Assembly: GCA_003707115.1 (NCBI GenBank)
Contig: PPNB01000001.1
Coordinates: 186,001-250,000 of the forward strand
Direction of reading: 5' to 3'
Origin: Tortispora ganteri
Lineage: Eukaryota
Length of the DNA stretch: 64,000 nucleotides
A program made the translations under genes and the position numbers. Below, in pieces: positions 10,223-20,425 of this stretch (position 1 is the stretch's first letter; each line of letters starts with the position of its first letter). The notes beneath the pieces are model-generated. The model was not told the origin of the DNA. It worked only from the letters and a program-made list of their open reading frames with translations, and searched no databases.

Positions 10223-13200
10223 ATGGCAGCTACCGAACAATTATCACCATTAGCGGAATTATCTAAGTCACATACTAAGAGAAACTCTTCTGGCTTTATT
10301 CTGAACCAGCATTCGCGAAAACCATCTGCTGAGTTAGCAGATATCGAGAATGATTGCAATTCAACACCGCCTTCTTCGCCTTTTCTGGAATCACCTGTCA
10401 TGACCCCTCAACCTTCATATATAGCGCATAGATCTCCCTCGGATTCTCTGAAGATATCCCATTCACCTAGTTTAGATGACTACAGCAAGCCGTTGAGTCC
10501 TTTGAAACTTTCGCGAAACGCGGACCATACTTTGTTACCAAGTTCTATAGCCAGATCGAACTCATTGTCTAAAATTAAAGGGCCAAGGAACCCTGCAGAT
10601 GTATCTGCTGCCTCTCCTAACTCTCCAAGTTCGTTACGTAAACGCGTCACATTTGAGAATATTCCACAAATTCTTGAATTCGACCCCACACCGGAGCTGA
10701 GCGTGCCTTCTGCAGATAACGGTTACGTCGCAGAATATTCTCATGACTTTAACGCAGACTCAAAGCCTGGAAATGCTCTAATATCCGACGATTTCGATAC
10801 TCCAATCGATGTTTCTTCTATGCCAAACGCGCCGACCCTTTCACGAACACCAAGTGGTAGACCCCTACCAGAAGTTCCGAGAATAAACCCTCTCCCCTCT
10901 AATACAGAAGATATCTCCAAGAATCCAAATACCAATTTTAAAGACCAACTTACTTCTGACAAACGCGAACTCTCTCTACAGGAGCGATTGGATATTGTTA
11001 TGGCCTCGCAACCTCAACCTTCACTCTCTAACGCTCTAGTAGACGAGAATCACTCTGTAATGTCAGAGACTCGAAACATTATTTCGAGTATTGATGAAAC
11101 TGTTGCAGCATCTTCGGCAATGCTTGATAGCAATTCAGTTCATGAAGCTCGAAAAGAGATTGCCGCTACAGAACTGGAACAAGACGACTCAACTATTGGT
11201 AAACTTGTTGTGGTTGGCCCACTTACTAGGAAAGAATCCTTACTAGAAGCAGAGCGTCAAATTCAAACCAAGAACCATCTCTCTTCAGCACTCCCAATTG
11301 TCGAAGATACTGCTGCTAATCAACGCCTGAATACAATCAATGCGTTTAGAAATACAAATTCTGGAGCTCCCTTAGAGTTAATAGGCGAGAATGGAGATAC
11401 TGCTATCATAGAGGAAGATGAACCTGAAAGCCTTGACCAAGCTTCATACTCAATATCTCAATTGAGAACGCCTCGTCCACTCAACGTGTCAACAGAGAAG
11501 CGGACTACCCAAGCTTTACAGTATCGTCTTAAATTTGATGAAGATGAGAGCAGGTCATCCTTGGGGCTTGATGATTTCTTTAATGAGCCAATGAATCAAG
11601 GAAAGCGCGAAAATATCTCTAGTGCAAAATTGCACGCTATGATGTTGGAAGATGAAACGGCCAAAGTCAGTCAAATGACTGTATCCCAGAAACTTGAGAT
11701 GATATCTGCCAAGATCATTGCTAATACAAAAAAAGAATTAGACTCGCATGAGACGCTAGTGAATGAAAGCAAAAAGAACGGAACTGAACCAAATCTGTCG
11801 CTTAGCATGGAAGTCAAAGATAGCCTTGATTTACTGCGAGAAATTCCAACAGTGAGTGCCCCAACGCTTCCGACGCTTCCAAGTTTAACACCTTCAGAAT
11901 TTAGCGCTATAGCTGAACGGCGTCGTCAGGTTAGTGGAGAACATCCAGAATCCCCTACTCCTGTGTCACCTGAAAAAGAATCGGTACAGCATGAATCATC
12001 TGTTTCCTTTAGAGAACTGCGAGATGTTCTTAATCATATTCAGGATCCTCATATTGATCTTGACATTTCCGATTTGAATTTTTTCTCTGATGTGAATGAT
12101 GCGTTAGACCAAATTTCACCACGACCTGAAGCTTCAGCTTCAAAGCGGAAAAGCTATCGCATGAGAGAAACCGAAGATATGGTTGTTGCTCACTTTGGAA
12201 GTGCTAGAGGCACTCCTGTTGCATCTCGCAATGCTTCAGGCGTAGTTGCAGAAGGGGAGGGCCAAATGCACCAGCCACCTGATGTTCTTATGCTGAATTC
12301 CGCAAATGCACCGCGACCTACTACGATTCCGTATGTTCGGGATGCTCCCACAGATGAGCTTTTTAGGGAAGAAAGAAATAAGCTCACATTGAATACGGAC
12401 TTGGTGTCTTCGAATCGTGTTGCGCAGCCCATAATTTCACCTAAACGCTCTATGATAGTTGGACCAGAAAATGGATGCCATGTCTCCCCTGAGAAACGAC
12501 CGTATTCGTCACTTAATCCGCAAATGCCCCCGGTTGGTAAGATGGATCAATACGCTAAAGCTAGCCGAAGCAATGGAAGTGCACGCAAGCCGAGCGGTTC
12601 TATGTTCGAATATCAAACAACTAGGAACAATGGCTTGCCATTCAAAGACAGAGGTAGACTGTTTATCCGTGTTGTCAGTATAAATGATCTGTTACTTCCT
12701 TTAAAAGGGCAGAATTTCAATTTTACCGTCACTTTAGATAACGGTGTTCATTGTGTGACCACTCCATATATACCCTTATCAAAGAACGCTGTAATTCAAC
12801 AGGAGTTTGAATTAGTGGTGGGAGAAGAATTGGAATTTATCCTGACACTGAGGGCTTACCCGAAGGCTGAAGGTACTGAGATACATAGAAAGACATCTAA
12901 TCGCAGGAGTGGATTTGCTCGATTAATACCCGGTAGGGGACAGCCAAAAACTTCTAATGCGACTACTGTTGATGCGATGAGTCAATATATGGCACCCAAT
13001 GGCTCGTTTGCAAGAGCGTACATTTCTTTGAACCAATATGAAAAAAGAATATTTGGAAATCCGCAAACTTTTGACATTACTGCATACAATGAATGGGAAA
13101 CTACAGCCAGAACTCTTGGTGGATCAATCAAGCGACGGGCTCCGTACAAGATTGGTAATTTCAAAATTGAAATGTTATACATTCCAAAGACGAGTGCCAG

Positions 13201-13711
13201 TGAAGTACTGCCTCGTAGTCTTGCAGGATGTGTTAAAGCATTGCGAGCTGAGGCGTGGCATTATGAGGTACGGAAAGAAGGGCTTTTAGTGCAACGTGGC
13301 GGTGACTGCCAATCTTGGAAGAGACAGTTTTATGTACTGGTGGGTAACAATTTGAGGTCATATCATATGTCAACGAGAAGCGCACGAGCAACTATTAATT
13401 TAGCCAATGCTGTGCGAGAGCTTCATGATACCACGAGCTTGCTCAAAGGTTGGCAAGCTATTGAGGAGGTGCATAAATCTGAAGGATATATCAAAGGAGA
13501 TTTTGATAAGATTGGACGAGAAGATTTCATGAATTGTGGATTCATGATTAAATTTGGAAACGGTGAGATCATTGATTTCTGCGCTGGGTCACCCGAAGAC
13601 AGAGACTCCTGGGTTAAAGGTATAAAAGAATCTATTGACACCCGGCGTCCTGATCGTCAAGCATGGGCAATCAATATTCTATCAAGGAGACGAGCATTAG
13701 CTTCAAACTAA
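10223..13711 (+). CDS. BUD4: Anillin-like septin-associated protein (Bud4/Int1/Mid2 family)
   Basis: Long disordered N-terminus, anillin-homology region (RGRLFIRVV...TLDNGVHCVTTP...QEFEL), C-terminal PH domain (EGLLVQRGGDC...IDFCA...W); ATG at 10223. Confidence 0.9.
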   Translation: MAATEQLSPLAELSKSHTKRNSSGFILNQHSRKPSAELADIENDCNSTPPSSPFLESPVMTPQPSYIAHRSPSDSLKISHSPSLDDYSKPLSPLKLSRNADHTLLPSSIARSNSLSKIKGPRNPADVSAASPNSPSSLRKRVTFENIPQILEFDPTPELSVPSADNGYVAEYSHDFNADSKPGNALISDDFDTPIDVSSMPNAPTLSRTPSGRPLPEVPRINPLPSNTEDISKNPNTNFKDQLTSDKRELSLQERLDIVMASQPQPSLSNALVDENHSVMSETRNIISSIDETVAASSAMLDSNSVHEARKEIAATELEQDDSTIGKLVVVGPLTRKESLLEAERQIQTKNHLSSALPIVEDTAANQRLNTINAFRNTNSGAPLELIGENGDTAIIEEDEPESLDQASYSISQLRTPRPLNVSTEKRTTQALQYRLKFDEDESRSSLGLDDFFNEPMNQGKRENISSAKLHAMMLEDETAKVSQMTVSQKLEMISAKIIANTKKELDSHETLVNESKKNGTEPNLSLSMEVKDSLDLLREIPTVSAPTLPTLPSLTPSEFSAIAERRRQVSGEHPESPTPVSPEKESVQHESSVSFRELRDVLNHIQDPHIDLDISDLNFFSDVNDALDQISPRPEASASKRKSYRMRETEDMVVAHFGSARGTPVASRNASGVVAEGEGQMHQPPDVLMLNSANAPRPTTIPYVRDAPTDELFREERNKLTLNTDLVSSNRVAQPIISPKRSMIVGPENGCHVSPEKRPYSSLNPQMPPVGKMDQYAKASRSNGSARKPSGSMFEYQTTRNNGLPFKDRGRLFIRVVSINDLLLPLKGQNFNFTVTLDNGVHCVTTPYIPLSKNAVIQQEFELVVGEELEFILTLRAYPKAEGTEIHRKTSNRRSGFARLIPGRGQPKTSNATTVDAMSQYMAPNGSFARAYISLNQYEKRIFGNPQTFDITAYNEWETTARTLGGSIKRRAPYKIGNFKIEMLYIPKTSASEVLPRSLAGCVKALRAEAWHYEVRKEGLLVQRGGDCQSWKRQFYVLVGNNLRSYHMSTRSARATINLANAVRELHDTTSLLKGWQAIEEVHKSEGYIKGDFDKIGREDFMNCGFMIKFGNGEIIDFCAGSPEDRDSWVKGIKESIDTRRPDRQAWAINILSRRRALASN

Positions 13712-13773
13712 GGCTTGATGATGGTCGCAACACAACCCTGAGCGATATATATATATATATTAAATAATATTTA

Positions 13774-14358
13774 TTAAATTGCATTGGGCTTTCTCTTTTT
13801 GGTTCCAGTAACAGATAATCGTAACACATCAGGGGGTTGGTACTGAGAAGCATGATGCAATTGTAAGATGTCAATTGTAGGCACTTTTGAAAGAATATTA
13901 ATAAACTTGCTGGAAACTGAAGTAAATCTGATAGCAATTATTTGACATTTTCGGCCTATAGCGGTTTGAAACAATTCATCAGAACCTTTTGGCATTGTTA
14001 TGAGTTTGGGATCGGATATTGGTATATCGTTTCGAAGCTTTTGCGAAGCACACAATAAAGGCAAATGAGAAACTAATAGTTGTGGATGTATATCTGATCG
14101 ACATACAAGTACTGCTATTATATCAGATGACGATTCTAGTGCTTCATGTATACAATTAAACGAGAATAGAAAACTGTTTGCCAGTTGGTCTTCGGGTAGT
14201 GATTTGATTGTATCGAGAACTAGAGTACGTATTGATATGGCAAGATCTTCTGGAACAATCGGCCAGTTTTTCTTTTTATACGGAGAATCTAATATCAGTT
14301 TTACTGATTTTGATCTACTTTTAGTTTTCTCTTTGATTGACTTTGTAGTCGGTGCCAT
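13774..14358 (-). CDS. POP3: RNase P/MRP subunit Pop3 (L7Ae-like)
   Basis: LILDSPY...WP, VLVCRSD...LVSHLPLLC, LITMPKGS pattern of the Pop3 family. Confidence 0.72.
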   Translation of the reverse strand: MAPTTKSIKEKTKSRSKSVKLILDSPYKKKNWPIVPEDLAISIRTLVLDTIKSLPEDQLANSFLFSFNCIHEALESSSDIIAVLVCRSDIHPQLLVSHLPLLCASQKLRNDIPISDPKLITMPKGSDELFQTAIGRKCQIIAIRFTSVSSKFINILSKVPTIDILQLHHASQYQPPDVLRLSVTGTKKRKPNAI

Positions 14359-14679
14359 TATATCGATTGGGAAGGTCGTTCTACCTTCTCTTGGTGCAAA
14401 GTGGAGTCCTATTCATTACTACTTACATAAAAGGTCAACGATGCGGATGATTAATTCTATTGAAAAGAAATAAGTCAATGAGCTACAGATTATCGTTGTC
14501 GACCACGATTTACTTTATTGAAAAGCTTGAGATGTTTCTAACTACTATTACTAATGGACGGCAGTTATCGTGTAGTGTTTTCTGTAGTTAGGTATGTATT
14601 CACAATAAGGAAACAAAATCGACATATCAGATCTGGATCACTTATATATACTTTTTACAGATATATGTAAGTAAAGATC

Positions 14680-16117
14680 TTAATTTTGTTCATCATAGTC
14701 TTCATCATCCAGTTCAGTGTTGTCACTGGCCGTAGATTCGTTAATACCTTGATACAAATATTGAAAGGTTCTAACAGCAGAAAACCTATCGACAAAGCTG
14801 AAGAATGAATTAAAAGATCCAAATTCTTGTTCTTCTTCATATATTTTACTGTAAATGAATTTGCTTTTGAATTCATTTATTTGATCTTTATATTTGTCAA
14901 AATCAATAGGTTCGTATCCGTTCTTCACTAAAACCTCGTTACCTGCGTCATAAACCGGATGATCTAATAAAAGTCCAAGAGCTGGCGCCTTAGGTATGTT
15001 GATCTTCACTTTTTTAAAGGAATCGTCAATTAGACTTGAGGGCGCTCCAACTCGTACCACCAATACAGCCAATGATATCATCTTTCGAATTTGGTGAAGC
15101 ATAAACGAATCTCCATGTATTTTCACAGAAATCCATTCCATATCGTTGATATAGAAAGGATCTGATACCGTTATCGATTTCATATGTCTAATAGCACTAG
15201 GATCCTGGTAATCCTTTCCCACAGTGTAGTTGTAAAAGTTATGAGACCCTAAGTACTTAGTCACGATCTCTTTGAACTTATTCAGTCTATCAATTTCAAT
15301 CCTATAAGCAACCCGATGCTTACTGTCTATCACACGAATTTGATCTCTGATCTTCTCGTCCTCTGAAGACAACGGTTTTGGTTCTTTGCTGTTCTCATCA
15401 AAAGCAGTGTGTTCAACACGGAATACTTCTTCTGGGTCGAGACCGTTGGTTCTATAATCATCCAGTACTGACTCCCAATATCTTTTGCAATCAGAGCCAA
15501 TATCGGAAGATATCATTTTCGCTAAATGTGTCCCAGGCTTGGGTGATAGGAACGAGTATGTAGGTAACATATACTCATATACTCGCGATCCACACATTCT
15601 TCGGCATTCAAAGCTCTTATTAATACGTGAAATATGCCAGACCCGAACAGTTTCAGGAAGATATGAGTTAATCTTCTCTACTATAGCTGGATCCTCAATA
15701 ATCAATTTAAGGCTCAATACATTGCCAGCAGCGTGAACTCCTTTGTCAGTGCGAGCTGCACGTATTAGTGATAACTTGCGAGGATCATCTGCATTCAATG
15801 ACCATACTGCACCAGCTGAAACCATAGCTTGAAAGATTTCACCCTCTATCGTTTTATGTGGCGGGTTGAGCTGTATACCGTGATAACCAGATCCACAATA
15901 ACCAATCAACACAACCACCTTTTTCTTTGGCAGCCTGGGTTCTCTTGGAATAGATGGATCTGGTGGCCTACTCAACTTTCTTCTTTTATCAAGGCCAAGT
16001 CCACTATTGTTAATATCACTGTTGAAGCACATTCTGCGAATAATTAACATACCTTGACGCTTCATCGGGTTCATCCTGCTTTCGTTTAATATCAGTTGTA
16101 CTGTCATTTGATCCCAT
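14680..16117 (-). CDS. PUS1: tRNA pseudouridine synthase (TruA family), spliced
   Basis: Exons 16117-16053 and 16003-14680; 49-nt intron GTATGT...TATTAAC-AATAG gives MGSNDSTTDIKRKQDEPDEASSGLG...; RAARTDKGVHA and FMLHQIRKM motifs. Confidence 0.92.
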
Positions 16118-16288
16118 AGTTATGTTCAAAAAGAAAAAGACAAACTGATGATTAACAATATAACTAAATAATGATTTTTATATATAGAATAATCACTTAT
16201 AAGAGAAAATTCAATTTTATATGCTTGTGCAATAAAACACAAAAATTAAATAAATTGAAGAAATTTTTTTTTAAAAAAAAGAAATGTT

Positions 16289-16384
16289 CGACAGACGCAG
16301 GATTCGAACCTGCGCGCGGAAACCGCATTGGATAACTCAAACAAGAATTCAAGTCCAACTCCTTAACCACTCGGACAGCCTGTC
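16289..16384 (-). tRNA. tRNA-Ser(UGA) with 14-nt intron (16334-16347)
   Basis: Acceptor GACAGGC/GTCTGTC, discriminator G, anticodon stem TTGGA/TCCAA with CT-TGA-A, variable arm GCGG-TTT-CCGC, T-loop TTCGAAT, oligo-T terminator downstream (A-run 16273-16280 on + strand). Confidence 0.96.
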
Positions 16385-16510
16385 ATAATTTAAAATTTTT
16401 TAAGCGCCAGGTATACATACATTGATGATGAGAGAGTACCTTTCAGGGGTAGGGTAAGGGTATCATCTCTTGGCTTTAATTTCGGCATCATATAATTGCT
16501 AGCTTCCTAT

Positions 16511-17335
16511 ATGTTGAAAGCCCGAATATTTTACCGGACTCTTGCTCAGCATTCGCGCAAATTTATAGACACATGCCCCTCTCCTAAATTTGATACCAGA
16601 TGTACATATTGTGAACTCAAGTATCCGGAAGACCTCCCTATAGACACCTCCAGGCCATTAGTTGGAACTGCCCCGCATCATTCCCGGCATATAGTATTTG
16701 GTACTGGAAGTTACGATTGGCCCTCACGCGTCGAATCTGTAAGTTCAGGGTTTCCAGCTCATTTCAGGTCGGCGAGACTTCAGTACCTGATGGAGGAACC
16801 GTATCCAATAGCAGTTACCTATGCAAAAATGCCAGGATCGATAGATGAACCCTCGATCTATGTGTACCCGGAAAATATTTACATACCTAAGCTCCATATC
16901 GATGATGTGGAAATAATTGCAAGCATATTCGGTCGAAATATACAGCGCGAAGATATCCCAGCTGCAGATCTGGCGGTAATTGATAAGCTTGGAGCTAGAT
17001 CAATCGATAAGCCTCTGATGTTAGTGTGCGGACATGCGTCGAGAGATCAGCGGTGCGGTATTGCGGCTGAAGCAATAGAAAAGGAGTTTAACTCTGTTAT
17101 GCATAAATCTAAAGAAATATTCGGCGAAGACTTGAGTACTAAGCTTAATTTTGCGGTTTGTTCGCACGTTGGAGGGCATGCGTTTGCCGGTAACCTGATC
17201 TACTACTTTCCCTCTGGCGAATCAGTATGGTACGGAAGGGTGACCCCTAAAGATGTCCAAGGAATCATTGGCGAGACTGTTATGAAAGGCAACATTATCA
17301 AAAGCTTACATAGAGGTGGAATCACAATTGTATAA
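16511..17335 (+). CDS. AIM32: Thioredoxin-like [2Fe-2S] ferredoxin (Aim32/Apd1 family), probably mitochondrial
   Basis: CGHASRDQRCG and SHVGGHAFAGN ligand motifs, WYGRV; basic presequence-like start MLKARIFYRTLAQHSRK at ATG 16511. Confidence 0.8.
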   Translation: MLKARIFYRTLAQHSRKFIDTCPSPKFDTRCTYCELKYPEDLPIDTSRPLVGTAPHHSRHIVFGTGSYDWPSRVESVSSGFPAHFRSARLQYLMEEPYPIAVTYAKMPGSIDEPSIYVYPENIYIPKLHIDDVEIIASIFGRNIQREDIPAADLAVIDKLGARSIDKPLMLVCGHASRDQRCGIAAEAIEKEFNSVMHKSKEIFGEDLSTKLNFAVCSHVGGHAFAGNLIYYFPSGESVWYGRVTPKDVQGIIGETVMKGNIIKSLHRGGITIV

Positions 17336-17403
17336 ATCATGTGTATGATAATATGATGAAAGAGGATGCTAACGATGAATCAGCCATATGAGGGCCCTCA
17401 TCT

Positions 17404-18990
17404 ATGTTACATCAGAGGAGGGGGACCCTGAATCTTGTACATCGACAAACAGTTCGTATTATCCTATTAATGGCAGAACATCTCACGTTAATAGAACTTT
17501 TTACGCAAAAATTTAAGGAAGCACATAAAATAAATGCCATAGAGGATGACTTAGCTAAAGATATACAAGTATTGACCACACAGGACGTAATACAGAAGAG
17601 GAATAACAGTTTACCTTATGGTCTGGAAAGCGTGACATTGGAGCAGCTTGACGACGAAGCGGAGAAGAGATTTAATGCGTGTTTTCCGAAATTTCGAAAA
17701 AGAATACAATGGTCCCTCTCAGGCAAGGGAATTGCAGGCATCAGATCAAAATTCTACACGGCGATGGCCTTGTCTCCAAGCACCAAGCGGGCCCTGCTCG
17801 TAGAAGACAAGAAATGGTCAGTCTATGAGTTAGATGAAGAAAATAACGAACCACCTCAGTTAATATGTATTGGTAAAGTGACTGGTGAATATTCAACAGG
17901 AAGGGATCCTATCACAATGCGCAAGGCGCCCCAAAATTGGTCCCACGAATCTGATCAAGCTGACGTTGTGTCTCTAGCAGCTAGTTCGACAAGTCATTCA
18001 GATTCCGCTACAAAATCTAATGAAGCGTTAGCTTCAGCCACTGAATACTCAATTGCTGCGTTAGCCGATAATATTGCGGTGCTAGCAAGCCCTAATGGTG
18101 TCCTCACAGTGCATAATATCGATCGTGAAGGTAGACCTGTTTACCGCTACGTTGCACCAAGTGCGATTAGAGCGCTGGCAGTATCACCTGATGGATCTTG
18201 CATTGCTTGTGGCTATACAGTTTACGACTCAGTTAGTGATATAGAGGAGCCAATTATATCATTGCATAGGATAACACCTGATGTTCTAAACTCAAGGAGC
18301 TATCATAACACGTTTGCGGAACCTACTATCGCTGCTTTACCTATTGCCGATCCTATCAACACATTGACGTTTTCCAACGATGGTGCTTTTTTGGCATGTT
18401 CAACAATTATGCAATCGCGATTCATGGTCATAAATGTCAGCAATGCTGATGAACCTCGTGTTATTATGACGTCTGTACGAAAAATAGACAACAGCAACGA
18501 ATCTGAAGGAATAACCTCTATGCGCTTCTTTCCCGGTAACAGACTACTGGCCATAACTTGTCGCGCTTATGACGCAATTCCTATTATTGTTGATGTTATG
18601 GGAAGCTTTGTTGGTTCAGGGGCCACGGAAGATAGCGGCACGATTGCCAACTCAACACTGGTGACTCAATTCCCTGAGGTTGGTTCATCAGTATACTCAG
18701 CTGCGGTGTCTCCGCGCGGCAATGCGATAGCTTTCGCTACAAATTCTGGACAGGTGTATGTTGTCTCATATTCCCGCCTGGGACTTGTCGATAACTCGTA
18801 CACTGTAGTACAAGTCGGCAAAACAGTTAACGCAAATAAAATCACCGAAGCTCCAGCTTTGAGATGGTCACCCAAGGGATACACATTGCTGGTACTTGAT
18901 CGCAGAGGCGGTCTGAACCTGTACAATTTTGCGGCTGGAATGCCGCAGTCAAGTGGGATTGAAGAATGTCGTGTAATTCAGCGCGCATGA
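17404..18990 (+). CDS. PTR3: SPS amino-acid sensor component Ptr3 (WD40-like); start uncertain (17404 or 17470)
   Basis: CFPKFRKR, KWSVY, GKVTGEY, LPIADPINTLTFSNDG, SRF...EPRVIM...SVRKID...ESEGIT...FFPGN match recalled Ptr3 blocks. Confidence 0.82.
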   Translation: MLHQRRGTLNLVHRQTVRIILLMAEHLTLIELFTQKFKEAHKINAIEDDLAKDIQVLTTQDVIQKRNNSLPYGLESVTLEQLDDEAEKRFNACFPKFRKRIQWSLSGKGIAGIRSKFYTAMALSPSTKRALLVEDKKWSVYELDEENNEPPQLICIGKVTGEYSTGRDPITMRKAPQNWSHESDQADVVSLAASSTSHSDSATKSNEALASATEYSIAALADNIAVLASPNGVLTVHNIDREGRPVYRYVAPSAIRALAVSPDGSCIACGYTVYDSVSDIEEPIISLHRITPDVLNSRSYHNTFAEPTIAALPIADPINTLTFSNDGAFLACSTIMQSRFMVINVSNADEPRVIMTSVRKIDNSNESEGITSMRFFPGNRLLAITCRAYDAIPIIVDVMGSFVGSGATEDSGTIANSTLVTQFPEVGSSVYSAAVSPRGNAIAFATNSGQVYVVSYSRLGLVDNSYTVVQVGKTVNANKITEAPALRWSPKGYTLLVLDRRGGLNLYNFAAGMPQSSGIEECRVIQRA

Positions 18991-19245
18991 ACAGTTAAAA
19001 TCATTGATCTAAATAATAACTAACTTATTTGCATCTTTTTTGTATGTATATTGTTATATACCCTGAGCCCTGATGAACAGTCAAACCCCACAAAATTTAC
19101 CCCGGATATTTAACCCATCGTTCTACTAAATTTTAACGGGTAAACTTTAGACTGAAAGTTTGTATTGGGGTCCTACATTTACAAGACTCGTGTTAAACTG
19201 AAAGCTCTTCTAAGTGCTTCGAGATTGATAGTCTAAGTTATTGAT

Positions 19246-20292
19246 ATGACTGATTCATCAAGGCTTATGGATATCTATGTTCGCATCAATGATGACTTCG
19301 AGAAGGACTATTGTTTCAATGTCTCCGAGGGCGAGAAGGTCTCCTTCATAAGGAAAATTCTACATAATATACCACAGATAAGCGCCCCTTCACCATTCTT
19401 TTACAGAGACCCAATTGGATTTATTCTTGATGACACTCCTGGTTATCTTACTGCCAATGGAAATGTGCTATTCACTTCACGCGTCGTCACAAAAGAACTC
19501 GCGGCTAATCTAATCGATGAGTCTAAAACTTTTGGGGAGGTTTGCTTGAATGGGCAACTATTTCTTCCAGTATGGAGACCAAATAGACGATTCCAAATCC
19601 TGGTTATTCTTTTGTCAATTCATTGGATTTATTTGAATATCCCTTTCTACATGAGCCCTACACCTAAATACTCCATGTCATACATATTCAATATTGTTAT
19701 CGGCTATTTACCCGACTTCATTGATATGCCGTATTTGCCTCCTCTTGCGCAGTGGGTCATGATGATTGTTCAGGGCTTAATTTGCCTTGCTGTATATCTT
19801 GCTCTCAATATCGGTATAGTCAATCCGCAAGCTTTTAGATTTGTTCCTCAGTTCATCTTCCCTCCTGCTTCAAACAAATGGACTGTGACCAAAGAAGATT
19901 TGGAACAGATTGGCTGGACGGGTGCCCGAAAACAAACACCTGCCGAATGGAGGTCAAGTTATTTCAGCAAGAAGAAAGCAGAAGGTGCCTTCCAGTCTGA
20001 TGAGAAACTTGTCGACGGATTTATACTAGGCCCAGGAGAGGGCTGGAACTCCGGTCTGAATGCAACTTACAACAAAAATTCAGACCTATGGGTGCTGCCT
20101 TATGCTTCTATTCCAGAAAAAAAACATTTAGCTCGAATGATTGAAAAGGAGGAATCTGTGACTGATAAATGGAATTTGCTTAAATCATTTCGAAACAAAG
20201 GAAATGATGATCCCTGTGAAGAAACTACTAATCACTTTTTGAGGCGTCTGGCTCTTCATGAAAGAAGCACTGAATCCAAAAAAGAGAAGTAA
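19246..20292 (+). CDS. GSF2: ER membrane protein Gsf2 (glucose signalling factor)
   Basis: MDIYVRINDDFEKDYCFNV, PGYLT..G, GQLFLPVW, IGWTGARK and LGPGEG motifs; two hydrophobic segments. Confidence 0.88.
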   Translation: MTDSSRLMDIYVRINDDFEKDYCFNVSEGEKVSFIRKILHNIPQISAPSPFFYRDPIGFILDDTPGYLTANGNVLFTSRVVTKELAANLIDESKTFGEVCLNGQLFLPVWRPNRRFQILVILLSIHWIYLNIPFYMSPTPKYSMSYIFNIVIGYLPDFIDMPYLPPLAQWVMMIVQGLICLAVYLALNIGIVNPQAFRFVPQFIFPPASNKWTVTKEDLEQIGWTGARKQTPAEWRSSYFSKKKAEGAFQSDEKLVDGFILGPGEGWNSGLNATYNKNSDLWVLPYASIPEKKHLARMIEKEESVTDKWNLLKSFRNKGNDDPCEETTNHFLRRLALHERSTESKKEK

Positions 20293-20425
20293 CTGGGCCA
20301 TTAACATAGAAGTATCAATTTGATATTATGAAAATTGTTTGCATGAGAACAACCACCGATGGTCTAAATGTAGATAAAGAGCCTGAAGCCACCACCTCAT
20401 ATATATAATAACGTTCAGAGGCAAA

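Noticed and set aside
14680..16384. Adjacency of PUS1 to an intron-containing tRNA gene
   Set aside because: A single juxtaposition with no sequence evidence of functional coupling
17343..17383. Intron-like GTATGA...GCTAAC...CAG upstream of PTR3
   Set aside because: Splicing from ATG 17339 gives ATG TCC ATA TGA, an immediate stop, and 41 nt is shorter than the other introns here
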